A stretch of 64,000 nt of DNA from an uncultured Verrucomicrobiae bacterium (GTDB lineage Bacteria > Verrucomicrobiota > Verrucomicrobiia > Chthoniobacterales > JAATET01). The notes beneath the pieces are model-generated. The model was given only the letters and a program-made list of their open reading frames with translations. It was not told the DNA's origin and did not search any database. The stretch lies in contig CAVRCI010000003.1 of the NCBI GenBank assembly GCA_963719495.1, forward strand, positions 64,001 to 128,000, given 5' to 3'. Positions within the stretch are counted from its first letter, which is position 1; each line of letters begins with the position of its first letter. Made by a program: the position numbers and the translations under genes. This document shows, in pieces, positions 58,008 through 64,000 of this stretch.

Positions 58008-59596
58008 ATGAAAACCCACCTCACCGCCACTCTCCTCGCCACCTTCGCCATCGGGTCATCGCTCGCGACGCCCACACCGCTCACCCGCGAGCAGGTCCAG
58101 ATCGGCGTCCTTCGCATGGACGCCGTCGCCGAGCGCGCCATGCGCACGAGCGGCATTCCCGGGATGGCCATCGCCGTCGTCCACAACGACGAAGTCATTT
58201 TCCTCAAAGGCTACGGCGTCCGCAAAGTCGGCACCTCCCAGCCCGTCACGCCCGACACCGTCTTTCAGATCGCTTCCGTGTCGAAGCCGATCTCCAGCAC
58301 CATCGTTGCCGGACTCGTCGGCGACGGCACCGTCACCTGGGACGAACCGCTCGTGAACAACCTCCCAAATTTTCGCCTCTCCAACCCCGCCGCCACCCGC
58401 GCCGTCAGTCTCCGCGACGCCTTCAGCCACCGCACCGGCCTCCCGCCGCACGCCGGCGACCTCCTCGAAAACCTCGGCTTTCCCAAGCCCCCATCGTTCG
58501 CCGCCTCCGCCAATTTCCCCTCCTCGGCGGGTTCCGCTCCCGCTACGAATACTCGAACGTGGGTCTCACCGTCGGCGGTCTCGCCGCCGCCGCCGCCGCC
58601 GGCACCGACTGGCCAACCCTCGCGCAACGTCGCCTCTTCGACCCCCTCGGCATGACCTCCACCAGCATGCGCTCCGCCGACTTCCGCGCCGCCCCCAACC
58701 GCGCCGTCATGCATTCCCCCGACAACAACACGTTCATCATGAACGGCAAGTGGGTCGCCCGCTTCCAGCGCAACGCCGACGCCCAAGCCCCCGCCGGCGG
58801 TGTCAGCACCAGCGTCCGCGATCTCTCGCGCTGGCTCCGCCTCCAGCTCGACGGCGGACGTTTCGAAGGCCGCCAGATCATCGCCGCCCAGCCCCTCGGC
58901 GAAACCCACCGCCCGCAGATCAAGACCAACGGCGGCTTCTACGGCCTCGGCTGGAACGTCGGCACCCGCTTCGACCGCACCGTCTGGTCCCACTCCGGCG
59001 AATTCTTCCTCGGTGTCCGCTCCGCCGTCGCCCTCTTTCCCACCGAGAATCTCGGCATTGCCGTCCTCTGCAACTCCGCCCCTCACGGCATCCCCGAAGG
59101 TCTCGACCTCTCCCTCACCGATTTCCTTTTCCTCGGGGAACTCAGCCGCGACTGGGTCGCCTTCGCCAACGAACGCTTCGCCGAACTCGCCGCCGACCAA
59201 CTCGGTCGCGCCCCCGTCGACTACCGACAGCGCCCCGCCGACTTCACCCCACCCCGCCCCCTCGCCGCCTACGCCGGACGCTACCGCAGCGGCTTCTACG
59301 GTCCCGTCCGCCTCCAAGCCCGCGGCAATCGCCTCATCATGCGCATCGGCCCCGACCGCCAGCGATTCGTCCTTCGGCACTACTCCGGCGACACGTTTTA
59401 CTACATGACCCGAGGCGAGGACCGCACCGGCCTGCGCGCCGCCCACTTCGCCAACGCCCGCAATTCGCAATTTCGGCAACTCAACCTTCCCGCCCTCGAC
59501 GACTATTACGACTTCGACGACTACACCGAAGCCTTTCAGGAAAACGACAACGCCACCCGTCAGCCCCGCTACACCTTCGGCCGCTTCCGCCGCTGA
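58008..59596 (+). CDS. Serine hydrolase (class C beta-lactamase-like) with a C-terminal DUF3471-like domain; one-base frameshift near 58485
   Basis: SxxK motif FQIASVSK and SHRTGL. After the frameshift come YEYSN, PAGG and HSG, and near the end AYAGRY…YG. Confidence 0.8.
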
Positions 59597-59710
59597 GCCC
59601 AACACCTCAAGCCATCAGTCACCGTCGTCGGCATGATCAGTGAGCCGCGGCCACCCCCCGCTTTTGAATCCTGATCGACCCGGACCGCAAAAGAATCTGA
59701 TCACCTTCCA

Positions 59711-62700
59711 ATGAGAACCCCATCCACGCTCATCCTCATTTCCATCCTCACCCTGGCAACATCGGTCGCCCAACAGTTCTGGGACGGCTCGAACACCACC
59801 CCCAACGGCACCATCGACGGTGGCACCGGCACCTGGGACGCCGCCAGCACCAACTGGACGAACAATTCCGGTAACACCAACACGTCTTTCGACCCAACGC
59901 TCGTCTCGACCTTCGCCGGCACCGCTGGCACCGCCACCCTCGCCGACGGCTTCGTCGCCAACCCCCGCGCCCTCGATTTCCAGACCCCCGGCTACACCGT
60001 CGCCGCAGCGGGCACCGGCGAACTGACCCTCACCAGCGACACCCCGTTCATCACCGCCCCCGGCACGACCACGATCACCGCTCCCATCACGGGCGGCGGC
60101 ACCCTCGTCAAGCAAGGCACCGGCACCCTCGCCCTCACCGCGACCAACACCTACACCGGCGACACCGTCATCAGCACCGGCACCCTCTCCGTCCCCGGCT
60201 CGATCGACACCCCCTCCGGCCAGATCGTCGTCGGCTTCGACCCCGGCGACGAGGCCACCCTCGATGTCGCGAGTTCGGGTTCCGTCTCCGGCGTCGTGGT
60301 CGGCATTTCCGGCGACGCCGGGTCCACCGGTATCGCACGAGTTTCCGGAGGAGTCCTTTCCAGCGACGGCGCGATTATTATCGGCTCCAGCGGCAGCGGC
60401 ACCCTCGAGGTCACCGACGGCGGCACCGTCACGAACGCCACCGGCTTCGTTGGCTTTCTCGAGGATTCCGTCGGCACCGTCCGCGTCTCCAGCGGCACGT
60501 GGACAAATTCCGACACCCTCACCGTCGGCAACCTCGGCACTGGAAGTGTCATCATCAGTGGCTCCGGGCAAGTTTCCAACCCAGGAGCCATCCTCGGCTT
60601 CGACTCCGCCGCCACCGGTTCCGTCTCCGTCACCGGCGGATCGTGGACCAGCGCCACCAACCTCTTCGTCGGCTTCGAGGGCAGCGGCACGCTCGAAGTC
60701 AGCGGCACCGGAACCGTCACCAACGGCGGCGCCTTCCTCGGTCTCGAGCCGGACTCCACCGGCACCGCCAAGGTCAGCGGCGGCACTTGGACGAACCTGG
60801 GTGGCCTCGCCGTCGGCACGGAGGGTAGTGGTCGCCTCGACCTCACCGGCGGCACGATCAGCGCGGCATTCGTCAACCTCTCGCAAGAGGATGGCTCCGT
60901 CGGCACGTTCAACGTCGGCACCGGCGGCACCCCCGGCATTCTCGACGCCGGAGCCGTTCGGGGCGGAGCCGGCACGGCGACGCTGAACTTCAACCACAAC
61001 TCCGCCAGTTACGCCTTCACCCGCGACGGCACCCCGACCGGCCAGCTCATCGCCATCACCGGCACCACCGCCGTCCTTCACACTGGCCCCGGCACTACGA
61101 TTCTCACCGGCACCCATTCCTTCACCGGCGGTCTCGCCCTCGACAACGGCACCGTTTCGGTCATGCGCGATGACGCCCTCGGAGTCGCCGGCGGAATCCT
61201 GACCTTCGACGGCGGGACACTGCAAAATACGGCCCCCTTCGCGACCGGTCGCGCCACCACGCTCAATCCCGGGGGCGGAACCTTCCAGACCACCCGGGAC
61301 CTGCTGCACGCCGGCCCCATCTCCGGCCCAGGCACCCTCTCCAAGACCGGCCCCGGCACGCTCACACTCACCGGCGACAACACCTACTTCGGCGGAACCA
61401 CCGTCACCAACGGCACGCTCAGCGTCAGCCGCGACGCCAACCTCGGTGCCCGCGGCACCTTCACCACCCTCGACGGCGGCACGCTCCAAAACACCGCCGC
61501 CTTCAACACCAGTCGCTTCGTCGTTCTCGGCACCCGCGGCGGCACCCTCCAGACCGACGCCAACCTCCGGTTCAACGCCCCCATCTCGGGCTCCGGCGCG
61601 CTCATCAAAACCGGCGACGCCACCCTCCTCCTATCCCGCCAAAGCTCCTACGAAGGTGGCACCACCCTCGAATCCGGCACCATCCAGGCCATCACCTCCA
61701 GAGCACTCGGACGCGGCGGTGCCACGCTCGAAGGCGGCACCCTCGACCCCGTCGGAACGCTCAACATCAACTCGCTCGACTTCCGCGGCGGCACCGTCGA
61801 CACCGCGCTCGGACGCAACACCGACCTCCTCAACGTCCGCGGCAAACTCACGCTCACCGACGCCGGACGCTTCCGTCTCACCGCAACCAACGGCTTCCAA
61901 CTCGACACCGAATACCTCATCCTCACCGCCCGCAACCTCGCCCGGTTCAACCCCCTCACCGACTTCCTCGGTAACCGCCTCGTCGACCTCGCCCCGACCT
62001 TCCGCATCGCCGGACGCAAGCTCTTCGTCAGCTTCAACCCCGTCGGACCACCCTCCGGCCCGATCCTGCAAAACAGCGCCCCCGTCAACACGCCCACCAC
62101 CGCCGACTTCACCGTCACCGGCCCCGTCCGCACCGGCACGACCGACGAGAGCAACACGATCAACTCCCTCCGCTTCTCGCCCGGCAGCTCACTCACCATC
62201 TTCAACAACCTCACCGTCACCAGCGGCGAGCTGAACGCCCTCGGCGGCGACAGCCTCGTCACCGGCGGCACCGTCCTCGCCCCGAACGGCTTCCAAAAAA
62301 CCGGCCCCGGCTCGCTGTTTGCCACCAGCACGTTCGACGTCAACGGACCCGCCGCCGTCGAAGTCGGTGCCCTCTTCGTCAATGGACGCTTCAACGCCCC
62401 CGGCGGCCTCACCGTCCAACCCAGCGCCCGCCTCGGCGGCGCCGGACTCATCTTCGGCAACGTCACCAACCGCGGCACCGTCGCCCCTGGCAACAGCCCC
62501 GGCACACTCTCGATCGACGGCGACTTCACCCAGACCGCTTCCGGCACGCTCCAGATCGAGGTCGCCAACCCCACCACCTTCGACCGCCTCATCGTCAGCG
62601 GCTCCGCCGCCCTCGACGGCACCCTCCAGACCATTAACCTCGGCCGCCGCTTCGAGTTCGGTCAACAGATCCCCTTCCTCAGCGCCGACCGCATCACCGG

Positions 62701-64000
62701 CGACTTCCACCGCATCACGCTCGCCGACCCGGGCCGCTTCCGCGGTCGCTTCCTCCGCGAAAACGGCACCGGCACCCTCCTCATCGCTCCGGCCAGCTAC
62801 ACCCTCGTGGCCGAAACTCAGAACCAACGCAACGTCGCCCGAGCGCTCGACAGCACCATCCCCGCCACCAGCGGCGACCGCGAAGTCGTCAGCACCGCCC
62901 TCGACCGGCTCACCGCCGAACAGTTCCCATCCGCCTTCGACCAGATCGGACCCGCCTTTCACCAGAGCATCGCCAACATCTCGATCCAGCAATCCTTCAC
63001 GCAGACGCAGATGATCAATCAGCGCCTCAGCGCCGTCCGCCTCGGTGCGCGCGGCTTCCAACTCTCCGGCATCCCCGACGAACCCCTCACCTTCGACAAG
63101 AATGGCAAACAAATCGCCGACCCCAAAGATCTCAAGACCGTCCTCACCACCGACCCTACCGCCACCAATTGGACCGCCTGGGCCATGGGCAACGGCATCT
63201 TCGCCCGGCTCACCAGCGTCAGCCAGGTCCCGAATCACCGTTTCGACTCCGGCGGCTTCCTCGTCGGGGCCGACTACGACTGGACCCCGAACGACCCGAA
63301 CGGACTCACCACCGGCCTCTTCGGTGGTTATCAAGGCACTTACGCCGACTACGACGGCAACGGTTCCACCCGCATCGATTCCGCCCTCTTCGGCGGCTAC
63401 GCCAGCTACGTCCACGACGGGTTCACGACCGACGCCGTCGTCACCGGCGGCACCAACCAAGCGCTCGTCCGCCGCCCGATCCGGTTCTCGACCGTCGACC
63501 GCACCGCCCGCAGCCGCCAGGAGGGCGGTCAGGTCAGCGGCGCCCTCAACCTCGGCTACGACTGGAAAGCGGCCGGTTTCACCTTCGGCCCCATCGTCGG
63601 AGGCCAATACACCTACGTCGGCATCGCTCCCTTCACCGAGACCGGAGCCGACAGCCTCGACCTGCGAGTGGACGAGCAGCACGCCCACAGCCTCCGCACC
63701 ACCCTCGGCGGCCGCGTGGCCTACACGATCAATCTCACCGAGAGGATCGTCCTCATCCCCGAGATCCGCGTCCTCTGGCAGCACGAGTTCCTGAACAACA
63801 GCCGCCAAATCGGCGCGGCCCTCGACGCTGGCAGCGGCCCGTCCTTCGACACCGCCACCGCCGAACCGGGCCGCGACAGCGTCTTCGCGGGAGCCGGCGT
63901 CAGCACCCAACTCGGCGACCGTTGGAACGCCAGCGTCTATTACAACGCCGATTTCGGCCGTCAGGACCTCACCAGCCACAGCGTCAGCGCCACCCTCGGC
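59711..64000 (+). CDS. Autotransporter with passenger-associated and T5SS/PEP-CTERM-associated repeats and a beta-barrel (3'-truncated by window edge)
   Basis: Begins MRTPSTLILISILTLATSVAQQFWDG…GGTGTWD. It has repeated KxGxGTLxLTxxNTYxGxT units, VAPGNSPGTL and a beta-domain ending …YNADFGRQDLTSHSVSATLG, in frame to the window end. Confidence 0.9.
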   Translation, partial: MRTPSTLILISILTLATSVAQQFWDGSNTTPNGTIDGGTGTWDAASTNWTNNSGNTNTSFDPTLVSTFAGTAGTATLADGFVANPRALDFQTPGYTVAAAGTGELTLTSDTPFITAPGTTTITAPITGGGTLVKQGTGTLALTATNTYTGDTVISTGTLSVPGSIDTPSGQIVVGFDPGDEATLDVASSGSVSGVVVGISGDAGSTGIARVSGGVLSSDGAIIIGSSGSGTLEVTDGGTVTNATGFVGFLEDSVGTVRVSSGTWTNSDTLTVGNLGTGSVIISGSGQVSNPGAILGFDSAATGSVSVTGGSWTSATNLFVGFEGSGTLEVSGTGTVTNGGAFLGLEPDSTGTAKVSGGTWTNLGGLAVGTEGSGRLDLTGGTISAAFVNLSQEDGSVGTFNVGTGGTPGILDAGAVRGGAGTATLNFNHNSASYAFTRDGTPTGQLIAITGTTAVLHTGPGTTILTGTHSFTGGLALDNGTVSVMRDDALGVAGGILTFDGGTLQNTAPFATGRATTLNPGGGTFQTTRDLLHAGPISGPGTLSKTGPGTLTLTGDNTYFGGTTVTNGTLSVSRDANLGARGTFTTLDGGTLQNTAAFNTSRFVVLGTRGGTLQTDANLRFNAPISGSGALIKTGDATLLLSRQSSYEGGTTLESGTIQAITSRALGRGGATLEGGTLDPVGTLNINSLDFRGGTVDTALGRNTDLLNVRGKLTLTDAGRFRLTATNGFQLDTEYLILTARNLARFNPLTDFLGNRLVDLAPTFRIAGRKLFVSFNPVGPPSGPILQNSAPVNTPTTADFTVTGPVRTGTTDESNTINSLRFSPGSSLTIFNNLTVTSGELNALGGDSLVTGGTVLAPNGFQKTGPGSLFATSTFDVNGPAAVEVGALFVNGRFNAPGGLTVQPSARLGGAGLIFGNVTNRGTVAPGNSPGTLSIDGDFTQTASGTLQIEVANPTTFDRLIVSGSAALDGTLQTINLGRRFEFGQQIPFLSADRITGDFHRITLADPGRFRGRFLRENGTGTLLIAPASYTLVAETQNQRNVARALDSTIPATSGDREVVSTALDRLTAEQFPSAFDQIGPAFHQSIANISIQQSFTQTQMINQRLSAVRLGARGFQLSGIPDEPLTFDKNGKQIADPKDLKTVLTTDPTATNWTAWAMGNGIFARLTSVSQVPNHRFDSGGFLVGADYDWTPNDPNGLTTGLFGGYQGTYADYDGNGSTRIDSALFGGYASYVHDGFTTDAVVTGGTNQALVRRPIRFSTVDRTARSRQEGGQVSGALNLGYDWKAAGFTFGPIVGGQYTYVGIAPFTETGADSLDLRVDEQHAHSLRTTLGGRVAYTINLTERIVLIPEIRVLWQHEFLNNSRQIGAALDAGSGPSFDTATAEPGRDSVFAGAGVSTQLGDRWNASVYYNADFGRQDLTSHSVSATLG

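Noticed and set aside
58008..59596. Beta-lactam resistance gene
   Set aside because: The SxxK/YxN/HxG motifs with a DUF3471-like tail are typical of the broad serine hydrolase family. Resistance cannot be inferred from them.

Overview
High-GC bacterial DNA, most likely Verrucomicrobiota (Chthoniobacterales/Spartobacteria-like), judged from the Verru_Chthon pseudopilin cassette, a PEP-CTERM protein and PVC-type REP repeats. The left 35 kb is a carbohydrate-utilisation region: FAD oxidoreductase, sodium:solute symporter, CE15 esterase, two GH28-like beta-helix enzymes, a heparinase II/III-like lyase, a multidomain beta-helix protein, a DUF5060 protein and Gfo/Idh/MocA dehydrogenases. Embedded in it are a four-gene Verru_Chthon cassette (B-C-A-D) and a TPR-hypothetical-ExbB-ExbD-ExbD-(TonB-like/PA14-like) operon. 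One near-palindromic 12-mer (TTTACGCGTAGA/TTTACACGTAAA) lies in four promoter regions there, suggesting a single regulon that couples a pseudopilus and an ExbBD motor to polysaccharide degradation with no SusC/D pair in view (best candidate for a new system; inference). The right half is a rearranged mosaic: a Gfo::RND-adaptor fusion broken by an intact ISAs1-family IS, an RND permease, Phd/VapC, OprB, an L,D-transpeptidase, HisJ, a block bounded by duplicated hisJ 3' ends (12-repeat surface protein plus HTH-GNAT protein), a decayed ISNCY-like IS, GT2, GNAT, GAF-LytTR, PEP-CTERM, a serine hydrolase and a long autotransporter. Several single-base deletions in homopolymers look like long-read errors. 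No rRNA, tRNA or CRISPR array was seen. All family calls come from motif recognition by eye, not database searches.
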